Origin: Tubulanus polymorphus
Taxonomy: Eukaryota > Animalia > Nemertea
Direction of reading: 5' to 3'
Assembly (NCBI RefSeq): GCF_964204645.1
Contig: NC_134032.1
Location: 496,001-560,000 of the forward strand
Length of the DNA stretch: 64,000 nucleotides
The notes beneath the pieces were generated by a model that was not told where the DNA came from, ran no database searches, and was given only the letters and a program-made list of their open reading frames with translations. Position numbers and translations under genes: made by a program. Numbering within the stretch: position 1 is the stretch's first letter; every line of letters starts with the position of its first letter. Below are positions 12,464 through 25,430 of the stretch, one piece after another.

Positions 12464-12696
12464 ACCTCATTTGAACGTTCGTACCTCATTTGAACGTTCA
12501 TATAGTGAACGCCTCATTTGAACGTTCATATAATGAACACCTTATTTGAATGTTCATATAGTGAACACCTCATTGGAACGTTCATATGGTAAATACCTCA
12601 TTTGAACACTCATATAGTGAACACCTCATTTGAACGTTCATATAGTGAACCCCTCATTTGAACACTTATATAGCGAACCCCTCATTTGAACACTCA
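12464..12696. repeat. ~28-bp minisatellite
   Basis: cctcatttgaacgttcatatagtgaaca, about 8 copies. Confidence 0.9.
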
Positions 12697-14166
12697 TTAA
12701 CTCACTTATTCAAAGCTGTAAAATATGCTAGATATGTGGTATTTGAACTGCAGTTTATGTACAGACTGCAACAATTTTGTGCGGAATACATCAATTTTGT
12801 CAATTATAGTCGTGGAACATCATAAAAAATTTAGATGTCATGATGACCACGTCGTTACTGGTACGGCTAATAGGCAGAAACATATCCCATATACAGATAG
12901 GTCATGATAGCCATCTGAACGACCCAAAAATGAATTCGATCACAATTTACAAATATTTGCCTGTCGTTAAAGATTTTCCTTACTTTCGCAAAACGTAACA
13001 ATCCTACGCGATCTGAATTTCGAATACGTTCTAATCAGGCGGCGAAGATCGGATGAAAATTCAGTACAATGAATTATTCACTGCTGCTCGGTGGTGGTGT
13101 AATAACGCATGCACTGTAGCAAGAACAAACCAAGCGCTATCACATCATTTACTAGCCAGCAGATGAGGCTGCAGTTACCATGACAACCGAGATGAATTAC
13201 ACCGCCGATAAAGGCTAGAGTAGCGTATTAGGAGGCATTCAATGCTGCTTATAAGCATTGGTCACATACTCCTACAATATATACGAGCTTATAGCCTAGA
13301 TATCATTGCGTTTGTAGCTTACGGCCACCCGAACTTGGACTGATCAAACCAGAATCATTCAAATGGATACCTCCCCTACCAGGGCCTGGTCAGATCTAAG
13401 GGGTCGGGGCCCCTGCCTTCATAAAGAGGATACCCCCCCTGTCGATACTTCCCTTATCAACGCGGGGTGGCTCTAGTAGGTAATTTCTGGGGTCCAGAAC
13501 CTGCCTTTTCACTGACATCGCCCCCCTTTTCGTCTGATGGTTAAAAACCGCTGGCACAGATTTGTCACCGATTCTCGCGTATTGCATCTTAACTCATGTA
13601 TATTTCTTAAAAGGTTTTCTAACACGGATAGTGGACCCCAGCCTTCAGGCCCGGCGCCGCTTTCTACGCGGACTACCTTTCAATCCACCACCGTTCTTTC
13701 GTTGGACCACGCCTTCGCTAAATCCATCGGCGAGATATTAAAAAAAATACCACAAATCGTATGCTAGACGATTAACACAAATTATCGAAGGTATTTCATT
13801 ATAATGATTACCTTCGAATGTCGTATCCCGAAATAATTTCCACGTTCGTCTAGCAGGCGCGCGTATTTTTACTGTAAGACGTTAAAATCCGTCTAAATCC
13901 CGGGTTATGGTTTATTATAGACCGAATGTCTAGAACGTTAGTGTGTCAATGACGACAGCTGGAATGAAATAGAGTCAGCGAGCGAGCAGTGAACACAGCA
14001 CGGCTCTCTGTACGATATCAGCTGTAGCAGACGCGCGCACACTAACACACACACTGTCCGTCGTGTCGTTAATAAATTAACACTTTACACTGGACACAAC
14101 AACCACCACCGCTACATCAATATCAAATACATCGTTAAATGTACGTAATTATGATTAGTGACTATA

Positions 14167-14570
14167 CAGTGGAACTGGATCCACACAACTGTGGAACTGG
14201 ATCCAGAGTCCGAATAACCCACACACACCTGTAAAACTGGATCCAGAGTCAAATTAAATCCGCATAACTGTGGAACTGGATTCAGGCTCAAATTAAACCC
14301 ACACAGCTGCGGAACTGGATCCACATGACTGTGGAACTGGATCTGCAGTCATGTGGAACTGGATCTAGAGTCAAATAAAACCCACACAACTGTAGAACTG
14401 GATCCAGAGTCAAATCAAACCGACACAACTGTGGAACTGGAACCAAGCTCAATTTAAACCCACACAACTGTGGAACTGGATCTAGACTCAAATCGAACCC
14501 GCACAACTGTGGAACTGGGTACAGGCTCAAATTATACTGACACAACTGTGGAACTAGATCGAGAGTCAAA
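14167..14570. repeat. ~39-bp minisatellite (caactgtggaactggatccagagtc...)
   Basis: About 10 degenerate units. The same core forms MITE ends at 18220-18325 and 36690-36800 and recurs at 42840-43020. Confidence 0.85.
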
Positions 14571-14867
14571 CCCTAACCTTTTTTTCAAGTTCAATACATC
14601 GGTCTCATGCATATTATATAGAGTCATACAACAGACTATATATAGTGTAAATAAATGAATAGTTGAAGTCATTTATTAAAACCAAACAAACTGATCTTCA
14701 GCAAACACTGATAACATATTCAACCAGGGACAATACTTAAAGTGACAAAAATAGGTTGAACATTTTTTCTTGTTTGACAAACGAGATGTCATCTGTAGTC
14801 ACTTTATTTGAGACATGATATCAACATTGAGCAACTGCCCTATTAAAACCAATTATATGAAATAAAG

Positions 14868-15640
14868 CGATGACTTTTCTGATATAGTCGAAACGTTGAA
14901 TAAACTACACTAGCTCAAGGAAACATTTCAGACTCTTTTTATTCTTAGTGTGCAGGGATTTTATATTATCTTTACAACACGGACTCAGAGTGTTTCATCA
15001 ATGGTTATAATGAGGACAACATCAGTATTCCTGAAGATGACTATTAGGATATAGTGGAAACGTTGAATAAACTACACTAGCTCAAGGAAACATTTCAGAC
15101 TCTTTTTATTCTTAGTGTGCAGGGATTTTATAATATCTTTACAACACGGACTCAGAGTGTTTCATCAATGGTTATAATGAGGACAACATCAGTATTCCTG
15201 AAGATGACTATTAGGATATAGTCGAAACGTTGAATAAACTACACTAGCTCAAGGAAACATTTCAGACTCTTTTTATTCTTAGTGTGCAGGGATTTTATAT
15301 TATCTTTACAACACGGACTCAGAGTGTTTCATCAATGGTTATAATGAGGACAACATCAGTAATCCTGAAGATGACTATTAGGATATAGGGAAACGTTGAA
15401 TAAACTACACTAGCTCAAGGAAACATTTCAGACTCTTTTTATTCTTAGTGTGCAGGGATTTTATATTATCTTTACAACACGGACTCAGAGTGTTTCATCA
15501 ATGGTTATAATGAGGACAACATCAGTATTCCTGAAGATGACTATTAGGATATAGTCGAAACGTTGAATAAACTACACTAGCTCAAGGAAACATTTCAGGG
15601 ATTTTATATCATCTTTAGCCCTACAACACGTACTCGGGGT
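14868..15640 (+). mobile_element. 167-bp tandem array, each unit with a minimal hammerhead ribozyme (non-LTR retrozyme-like / Penelope-derived)
   Basis: CTGAAGA at 15031, 15198, 15365 and 15531 (period 167/167/166). Motif tattc-CTGAAGA-t-gactat(taggat)atagtc-GAAA-cg-TT-gaata, with stem I tattc/gaata. Intact in the units at 15198 and 15531. Confidence 0.85.
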
Positions 15641-17353
15641 ATTTCATCAAAATTGTAAAAATGGTTTATTAGAATCGCGCAGTGTATTTAAGGCGTACAT
15701 TGACTGGAGACTGGCATTGATTTCGATATTGATCAGAGCGAAGGAGTGTGTGTGACATGTGTGTGAGTCAGCTGTTTCAACGCTCTGAGTTGCCTGTATA
15801 TATGCGTACAGCTCCTCTATTGTAACCGCTATTAACCCGGCGTGTTGTCAAATTACCAGAAATTGAAAACCGCTGCATGCACATTGAACAATAAGTGAAA
15901 TCAATTTCATCAAAACTTTCTAATTATCAAAAGTCTATTCGATTAATCGTGCTTTTTTAGCAAACCACCTTAATACAAATTCTACAGCAGAACACCCGTG
16001 AAGTCATCGCATGGTCCCCACGGTTACATGAAATAAAAATTCCCAAAATTTCTCAAATTCCCAAATATTTCAAAACTGGAAATTATTATTTTAAAATTCT
16101 CAAGTTTTTCCCAATTTCCCTGTTTTGTGGGAACCGTGTCATCATCATATAGGCCTAACTTGTCACATTAAGTCATCTCTATTTTTGAGACACAATTTGT
16201 ATTCCTAATTTAATCTAGGCCTACGTAAGCTTACTTACTAAGCGTGAGTGCCTAAGTCTTATTGATGTCAAAGGAATTGGAACTGCAATCTTACCCTCAT
16301 AACTCCGAGAAACACTAGCGCCACATAGCGGAAAGGAGTTGAACTGCTATTGTTTTAGTAAAGCAAGTCCCACAAACAGGAAGGGTGTAACCCCTAACAG
16401 TATATATTACTCCTAAGGCTAAAAAAAATTGATACCTTGTTTCTCCACTCTGCTGAGCTTAAATGTTGACCCGGCCGGCCGCCTATCTACCCTATACATT
16501 ACCTTTTTTAAAATCGTGATCAATTTCACCATAACAGACCCGGCCGCTATGGAAATGAACTGTTTATAAATTTTATCATATTTTACAAAAATGACCCGGC
16601 CGCTGCGGAGAAACAAGGTATCATTTTTGTTTAGCCTAATCCCTAGTAATACTACAGAAAGGTTTCCCTAAACCCCAATCTTACCCCTATAATTCCAAGA
16701 AACACAAGCGCAACATAGCAGAAAACATGAACTACCTAGATCGCAGGCTTACCCCCTTCTTACTCGTACGGGCTCAGACTAACACCAAGGCGAAAACTCT
16801 TAAATCTATTTATATTCTAGGCCTAATTAATTCAGTTTATATTCAGTTGGCCCTGAGTGGAGCAGTCTTAGTTAGCAAGGGCGGAGCCAAGGGCACAATA
16901 GGAATCACGAAGGCCACCCCAGCCCGACGAAAATGTCGGTCCTTCTCCACAAGGCTATCTAATGGCTGTCATATTTCTTCAATGAAGAAAAGAATTTTCA
17001 TTATTTCCTAAATTCTTTGAGGACACCTCAAAAATTAGGGGGGGGGTCTAGTACCCCTGGATCCGCCCTTGGTTAGTGCCTAATTTTCAATAAAGTCCTT
17101 CTTTCCGAGTCTCAGATTTTCCCCGGCCGAAGTCTCGACTGGAAGCAACAGATTATAGTCATTTATGCTCATTAATTGCTTCAAACCCCAACAACAGCCT
17201 TCGCAATGAACATTTGGGACATTCATTTGACAACAACAAAAAAGAGATGAATTCCTTTGCTGTCTTTTTTATTGATGTCAAAGGAATTGAATTGATGGAA
17301 AAACCAATAATTCTGGATTGGAAGGATATTCCACACACATTTTCAAAACTTAC

Positions 17354-17535
17354 CCGTCACCATCCGTTGAGAGAGAATTGTCCACCACCAACAATCAAAT
17401 AATAGACTGAAACATTCCACTTACAATCATTGAGAATATTCTGTTGTTTGTCACCTTGAAAATTAGCCGCAAATTCAGGTTTTATTTCGAGCGAAAAGTG
17501 ACAGTTCGTGAACACGGAAGTAAACCGGAAGTGAC
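17354..17535 (-). promoter_or_regulatory. Probable promoter and non-coding first exon of SLC12A8
   Basis: Tandem ETS-type sites aCGGAAGTaaaCCGGAAGTg at ~17514-17532; strong - strand donor G|GTAAGT at 17354/17353; acceptor of the ATG-containing exon at 12397. Confidence 0.55.
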
Positions 17536-19087
17536 AGCTCAATTTAATTCAATTCAATTCAATGACCTATTTAAGTGAATTCTAATTTATAATTCTCATT
17601 TATATCTATTTAAATGTTGAATATATCTGTATTTGAATGCATCTGCTGTTTATTGTAAACCTAAAGCGTCAATAAAGCGAATTGAATTGCCTAGGGTTAG
17701 ATCATAGATGGAGTAGGGTCATTCCTAAGGATCCGCCTGAGAGGTGAAGTAAACCTAGACTGGTTGCCTGTCCCATTCGATATGATAATTGAAGATAGAT
17801 ACTGGTAACAGTCTATCTCTACCTTCAGCTATTATGACAGCGAATGCAGGTGGCGCAGAATTGGCCAGGCGACCAGTCTAATTCAATGAACGGGTTCTGG
17901 GCAGCATCACCCACGTGACGATTCGTTCGCCCACACACGCGTATTCGGGGAGGATGCGAATGCGATAAATGACAAAACTGGTTTACAGCGACGGAATAGT
18001 GGTTTGAATGGCGTTTAGAGATAATTACAACTGAAAGTGTCGCCCAAACCAGTTTTATCATTACGTTAACATTCCAAAATCTAGATCCGGGTTTCGGATA
18101 TGGAAGATTGACAATCGAGGATTTGGACAATTTTAGTGAAATGATGATTTAAACAAAGTAGTTTCAATTTAGCGATTTTAGACTTAAGTTCATCCAAACA
18201 TCAACATAAACCTCTGGCAGAACTCAGTTCCACAGTTGTGAGTTAACTCAGAGTTAAAATTAGTAAATTTTCAATGAGTTAACTCGGGGTCAAATTTTAA
18301 CTCCGAACTGTGGAACTGGACCCTGTTCTATGGTCTAAACTACAATGGATAACATCGGATCCAGAATTTTGGAGGGAGTTGACATTAAAAATAAAACTTG
18401 AGCGGATCACGTGATTGAATCACCACAGATCGCGCTGAATAAACAACACAACACAATAATAAATACATTTATTCAGGTTTACAAAATAGATTCTGGGATT
18501 TCAGTTTCTGTGAACTTGTTCTACAACACCAGCGTTTAAATTATGAGACTATCAACCAGCTGTATAACGTCTTTAATTCTATCAATGACAACCACGTTTT
18601 GATTGATGAGAGTTAAAATAAGAGTAGATGAGATAGAAGTGATTGCGCAAGAGATTTAGAGGTGATTGTGCAAGAGATTTTATCGAGACATGGCTGTAAC
18701 TGATAGGATTAAAGAACAGTGACTGTTCTCAAGTTCATTCACAAACAGAAAATCAATCATACTGGCAATCTGTAATCGCTGGTCATTGCCTGGCCATTGG
18801 TCATTTCTGGTCATCTGGTAATTGGTCATCCCTGGCAATTGGTTGGTCATCCCGGGTCTTCTGCAGGTAATTGGTCATCTCCTAACAGGTTAAAACAAAA
18901 TGTAGAATCATAAACAATACAAGCTGGTCAGCAAATCTAGTCGGGTAAGACGCAGCTCCAAACACAAACAGTTACTGAGAAGCTGAAACCGAGGTGAACT
19001 AAAGACTCAACGTTACCTGACCTCCTTAAGAGCGGGCAATCTGTGATTGCAGGAGGACTGATTGCTTCCTCAGGATGCACACTGCTA

Positions 19088-19107
19088 CTGAGGAGGAGGC
19101 AGAACTA

Positions 19108-19151
<44 letters not shown>

Positions 19152-19228
19152 GGAGGAGGAGGAGGAGGAGGAGGAGGAGGCAGAACTAGATGATGAATAT
19201 GATGATGATGATGATGAGGCAGAACTAG
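19088..19228. repeat. (GAT)n/(GAG)n microsatellite
   Basis: Direct reading. Confidence 0.95.
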
Positions 19229-19409
19229 TGTGATTTATTGAAATTGTATCCATACACAAGTAATACATACCGTTAATGTGTGAAGCTGACTGTGAAAATC
19301 AGTTCTATATCAGATTCTACAACTCACCAGCAATGATTGACACTGAAATGAAAATAACAGATTCTTCAATTATCAAATTCTATTGCAGGAAATCATGAAA
19401 TTAACTGTT

Positions 19410-22400
19410 GAAATTCTGTTGTCATACACATACCAGTTATCGTGTGGAGTTGAAACATGTTCGGGACCAGAATTCAGTTAATCTTCTGACAGACTAAAAC
19501 AAAATGTAGAATCATTATAACGGTTATTGAATTTGTCTCCAGCGAGTATCTGTATCCATCTTCAGCTCACTTCACACACAGCTATAGATAAGAGTTCCTT
19601 ACAGCGACCACTGAATCAACCTAATCATTACAACTGAAATAATGATAACACATTCTATATGAATACATATGAAGCACATCTGAAACCAAAGTGATAGAAA
19701 AATAGAAAGTTGTAAAATGTTTTCTGACGCAGTTTGATTTGTGTCAGATTGTAACTGTAGAAGTTTCACTCATTGTTTCAGTCTAATAGAGATATAACTG
19801 ATGTACATGTAACACTGACTGTGTAACACTGCAGTCATTTATTCACTTATTCCTCCTCAGTTTGAAGAATGTTTGTTCTCTTATCTTCATTAGCGATAAG
19901 AATCATTCTCATCCGTATAACTGCAACATCGTAACATTTCTACTTATTCAATCATGGAGGGAATGAGGAGTATGGCGCTTGGGTATGGAATGAGACAGGG
20001 TATGGGAGTTGACACGTTAGGGGAGGATAGGACATTGTGATGAGGTAAGGTCAGGTTGGATGATGCAGGGTTGTTTGATGTGGTTGGATTAGATGATGAG
20101 TTTAATATAGAACTGTTTGGGGTGGGTGTATGTGGTAGTGTACTATGTATAGTTAGGGAGGTGTATGATAACGGATTGAAAAGTTGCTGGTAGAGGGCGG
20201 TACAGGTGTGATGCTGGTATGGTATGTGTAAGGTAGGGGGCGGTGTGTGTAGAGTGTTAAGGATAGGGTAAGGTACAGTTAGAGTAATACGAAAGTGTAA
20301 GTTTGGGTAATGCGGGGTCAGGATGTTTGGTGTTGTTGAGGTGAGGGTGAGGTCGGGGGTGGTGTCTGTGGAAGGTTGGGAGGTACGTGATGTGATATAA
20401 GGGGTGGAGCTAGGACAGTACAGAGTGTGATGAGTGATTGACGGGGTCGATCCGTCTCTCAGCCGCCTCCAGGCCACTCCCTTTTGACATCTCAATGCTT
20501 CTCCAACCCTCCCAATCCCTCAAACTACTCCTCAATTCCATGTGAAATACTAGGAGACGATACCTGCAAGACATTGAATATTAAGACACCATCAAAACAA
20601 AGTATTTTACATGTGTGTCACATGATTCATTTTAACAAGTGAACGATTCATGAAGCAAATGACAGCAAAATCTTCTGATTCACAAATATCTGAATAGTTT
20701 TTACCAGACTACAAGCTTTACGAATAGCAAACTGATGAGAAATGGACTCTGAACCCACAATTAAATTATTCAAGATTTTCTGTGAATTATTTCTCTCATA
20801 TTTATCACGTTACACCCAGTGATACATGAAACTCAGCCTCACTCTCACTCTCACTCACTCTCACACACTTTCTTATTTGCCATTTTTTGCAAACATTTTT
20901 AAGCACGTGAGGTAGGTATAGACCACTGCCCGCTTTCTAAGCCAGTAGTGGACTACCCTTTGGACCCCACTTTTGTGCTTGGTGGCTTTAAGCTCACCTT
21001 TCTTGAGTCGAGGTAGGAATAGACCACTGCCAATCTAAGCCAGTAGTGGACTACTCTTTTGACCCCACTTTTGTGCTTGGTGGCTTTAAGCTCACCTTTC
21101 TTGAGTCGAGGTAGGAATAGACCACTGCCAATCTAAGCCAGTAGTGGACTACCCTTTTGACCCCACTTTTGTGCTTGGTGGCTTTAAGCTCACCTTTCTT
21201 GAGTCGAGGTAGGAATAGACCACTGCCCGCCATCTAGGCCAGCAGAACACTAAACCTTCGAATTGCTCTCGGACCCCACTCTTTTCATGTTCTTTCTTTT
21301 TCTTATGGCTCTCTCTCTCATCTCTCTCTATCTCTCCTTGCTCTGTATCAGTAGCACCCGGCAGTAAGTGAATATATAGGAAATATAGTAATTGAACTGG
21401 GTTTAAATCCATCTCAATCAGTGCTTTTACAGGGTCCCATCTAAGGATGAAATCCACTTGCCCCGGGGGCAAGCATATCTGAAATTTTGCTTGTCCCCTA
21501 CAAAAATTGTAGCAAAAAGCTTATTGTGACATAAAACTGCACTAGGGCAGTGGTTCACTATAGTCAATCACAATCATATCATTGTTTGATGATATTATTT
21601 ATTTGCAGTGACATTTGTTCCATGAAACAAGTTTCAATTCCTAAATGAATCGATGAATTCAATCTTCAATAGCATCATTCTCGATGTATCTCATATAGAG
21701 ATTGTGGAATAGTAAGCGCGGGAAGGAGGAAGGGAAGGAGGTAATGCCAGTCCGGTCCGGACCACTTTCTCTGAATCACATTACCCTACCCCAACATCAC
21801 CCAGGCTGTACTGTCCTATCACCATCCATGTCACCATCACCAGACATATATCTATATACACTGACAAATAAGACAAAAACAAAATTCTATCTGGAGATTT
21901 GTATCTAAAGAAGGTTTGGGGGGAACTTTCTCCTGGTGAGTGAAACGCCAAGAGCATCACTCACCATTGTTCAAAGCACAAACTGTGGCTCCATCTATCT
22001 CCATCCTACGTAATCAATGAGTCTCTGACTCTAATCAAATAATCCTAGGTCAACTGGATCACACGAATCAGACCTGAATCCATTTTTACAAATTTACCAC
22101 TTAGTATTTTTGATTTTTGGTTCTAACAATAATCCAACAACTTAAGACCAGTCCAAACTTCTTTTAGTTCTATAGTCAATCTAACAACTTAAGACCAGTC
22201 TAAGGCCATTTTAGTTCTTTAGCCAATCTAACAAGACTGGTCTAATGATTTTAAAAGCCCATTTTCTTAGGTATAACTCAAAAATAATTTTTCGAAATGG
22301 ACACTTGGACACTTGACATGGATAAATTCTACTGAATTCATCCTCACCTCAACAACATAATAATAATAATAATAATAATAATAATATATTTTCTTATATA

Positions 22401-23810
22401 GCGCAGATCTAAAAAACAACACCAAACATCCTGACCCCACATTACCCAAACTTACACTTCTGTATTCCTCTAACTGTACCTTACCCTATTCTTAACACTC
22501 TACACACACCGCCCCCTACCTTACACATACCATACCAGCATCACTACTACACATCCTCACTCGCCAGGGTCTGGTTGTGTTCCGCTGAAACTCACAAACA
22601 CTGATCAATTTTCCTTCATAGGTCTATAAAGCTAAGCATACTTCGACAAAGCAACTAGAGACAATTAGTTGCTAGTGAGCGATCGGGAACTCAGTATTCT
22701 CCGCTGCTGACATCAACTTATCCTTTATCAAAGTTTATTGAAGGATATTTGCCAACAGTAAAACACGTTCACCTCATTGTGACTGGCATCACTGGTTTCC
22801 CTTACCGAGGGTCCAACACAAGAATAATGTATATTTCCATAATTTTCATTGGCTGGATAATTCCTCTGTTTTCATTGGCTGGATAATTCCTCTGTTTTCA
22901 TTGGCTGGATAATTCCTTGTATTCCAATAGACCGATGGATAAAGTTGCGGGCAGCGTTTGTGTAGACGTGAGCTTCAGCAGGAAGCAACCCGAGCCCTGG
23001 TGAGTGAGGATGCTACTGTACCGCCCTCTACCAGCAACCTTTCAATCCATTATCATACACCCTCCGAACATACACACCGTACACTACCACATACATCACT
23101 TACCCCCAAACAGTTCTATATTAAACTCATCATCGAATCCAACCACATCAAACAACCCTGCATCATCCAACCGACCTTACCTCATCGCATTACCCTATCC
23201 TACCCTAACGGTCAACTACACCATACCCTGCCCCATTCCATACCCAAACCTCATACAACTCATCCCCTCTATGATTGAATAAGTAGAAATGTTACGATGT
23301 TGTAGTTGGACGGATGGCAATGATTCTTATCGCTAATGAAGATGAGAGAACAAACATTCTTCAAACTGAGGAGGAATAAGTGAATAAATGACTGCAGTGT
23401 TACACAGTCAGTGTTACATGTACATCAGTTATATCTCTATTAGACTGAAACAATGAGTGAAACTTCTACAGTTACAATCTGACACAAATCAAACTGCGTC
23501 AGAAAACATTTTACAACTTTCTATTTTTCTATCACTTTGGTTTCAGATGTGCTTCATATGTATTCATATAGAATGTGTTATCATTATTTCAGTTGTAATG
23601 ATTAGGTTGATTCAGTGGTCGCTGTAAGGAACTCTGATCTATAGCTGTGTGTGAAGTGAGCTGAAGATGGATACAGATACTCGCTGGAGACAAATTCAAT
23701 AACCGTTATAATGATTCTACATTTTGTTTTAGTCTGTCAGAAGATTAACTGAATTCTGGTCCTGAACATCTTCAACTCCTCCACGCAATAAGTGGTATGA
23801 ATGAACACAT
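19410..23810. repeat. Long inverted duplication: left arm ~19410-20335, right arm ~22415-22545 plus ~23017-23810
   Basis: 19465-19905 is the reverse complement of ~23320-23760 with about 2 differences seen. Flanks are more diverged but alignable. The right arm has an extra segment at 22546-23016. Confidence 0.92.
20905..21245. repeat. ~98-bp tandem repeat, ~3.4 copies
   Basis: gaggtaggaatagaccactgccaatctaagccagtagtggactacccttttgaccccacttttgtgcttggtggctttaagctcacctttcttgagtc. Confidence 0.92.
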
Positions 23811-23852
23811 AATTCTAAAATTACTTATCTTATCTCTTCTGTGATTCATTCA

Positions 23853-24170
23853 GCTGCTCCTATGATACCCCTGCTGCTCCTACAATACTCCTGCTGCTCC
23901 TACGATACTCCTGCCGCTCCTACGATATTCCTGCTGCTCCTATGATACTCCTGCTGCTCCTATTATACTCCTGCTGCTCCTACGATACTCCTGCTGCTCC
24001 TACGATACTCCTGCTGCTCCTACGATACCCCTGCTGCTCCTACGATACCCCTGCTGCTCCTACGATACTCCCGTTGCTCCTACGATACTCCTGCTGCTCC
24101 TATAATACTCCTGCTGCTCCTACGATACTCCTGCTCTGCTGCTCCTACGATACTCCTCTGATGCTCCTCC
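23853..24170. repeat. 20-bp minisatellite (ctgctgctcctacgatactc)
   Basis: About 15 units. Confidence 0.92.
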
Positions 24171-25373
24171 TGAGTTGCGCTTGACTCAATCTTATTTCAT
24201 ACCACAGTAAACAGGAATTGTGCCTGAAATAAAGAATATTAGATTTCAATGTGGTATCTGTTGATTGTAGACTATTCACAGATATCAGTTTCACAATCGA
24301 ATGAATGAGAGACAAACCTTTTCTAAAAGATGATTAATAGATCTCAGCCTAGTAACAGTCAGTGAAGGGAGGCAGTTGTTCATATTGTTGCTTTTAACTG
24401 ATTCAAACTGACCGTTGAAGGAAGGATCGATTGATGAAATCTGTTGTTTGTATCTGTATCAATAAGAAAAGGGAGGTGACTGTAATTATTACTGGTAATA
24501 TTCACCACAATATAATCTGTAAACAGTAATGACAATATTTTAGTTCATTCCACAACTGGCTGTAAACTGCTGTTGTTACTGTTTGTGTCGAACATCGATC
24601 TTCACACGACAACTAAAGCTTTTTTTAGCAGATTGTTTGCATTTGCCGTTTTCATATTATTTGTTTTGAACAAGCAGGTCACATGTAACTTTCACATTTA
24701 ATCCCTCACACGGACGTACACGAGCTCGGGCCACTATTCCAAAATCGAGAGTTTAATTCATATATAAGCGTGTAAATTCAGGGGAAATCCTGCTTATGGC
24801 TCATAGGCCAGCATCTTAGCTACGCATTGAAGTGGTTTTCGCCCCACATACCCAACCTAACTTTTGAAATAATCAAACCTTTAGAAAGGAGGGGTATCCC
24901 AGTACAGGTATGCCAGTATATCCGAGCCTAATATCTAAGGGAATCCCCCACCGTGTTTGGTACCCTTACTCCAAGCAAAAGTCCAGGTAATCCCTTATTT
25001 CATCATCAATCTGTCTCTCGGGATCAATGACAATGGATTTCATACACATAACCGAAATTCGTTACCTATCCCATTTGCAGAAATTATGGCAACATTTATG
25101 GGTGACCTCTTCTTCACTCTAGGTACTATTTTGGGGGTCCTAATTGTGGGCTGATGACACACACACAGCACAGAGGGAGGCGAGAGGTGCGGACCACCGA
25201 ACCGTGACGACACACGTAATTTACTTCAAACACGATTTTGAATAAAGTTTGGCGGCGGGTCTCAGGTCAGTTTAATAGACGGTTTCTATCGCCTGCATCT
25301 CCGGGGTTTATACCGAACTGTTAGCTTAACACATAGATATAATTCGAGGATAAAAAACTGGAAAAATTCCAAG

Positions 25374-25430
25374 ACTTACCAAATTTCAATATGGCGGGTC
25401 ACGACTCCACACCGGAAGTGATGACTCGCG
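25374..25430 (-). promoter_or_regulatory. Orphan promoter-like element with an adjacent splice donor
   Basis: YY1-like aatATGGCGG (~25388-25397), ETS CCGGAAGTG (25412-25420), - strand donor G|GTAAGTC at ~25380/25379. No recognisable CDS follows. Confidence 0.5.

Noticed and set aside
13396-13767. GC-richer segment with short ORFs upstream of the SLC12A8 start exon
   Set aside because: No homology and only a weak donor; may be an alternative 5' UTR but cannot be supported from sequence.
14868-15640. CRISPR-like regular repeat array
   Set aside because: Whole units are identical with no unique spacers, there are no cas genes, and the context is eukaryotic.
19310-19400. Possible C/D snoRNA (CTGA box plus a 10-nt stretch resembling antisense to 28S rRNA)
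   Set aside because: No good C box, the match is not adjacent to the D box, and GTGAGT there is better explained as a splice donor.
20908-20962. let-7-like start TGAGGTAG on a hairpin arm
   Set aside because: Only the seed matches, the stem needs a large bulge, and it is one unit of a tandem repeat.
19944-23282. 183-aa, 106-aa and 92-aa Pro/Thr/His-rich ORFs in the inverted arms
   Set aside because: Low-complexity composition and the frame is not conserved between arms.
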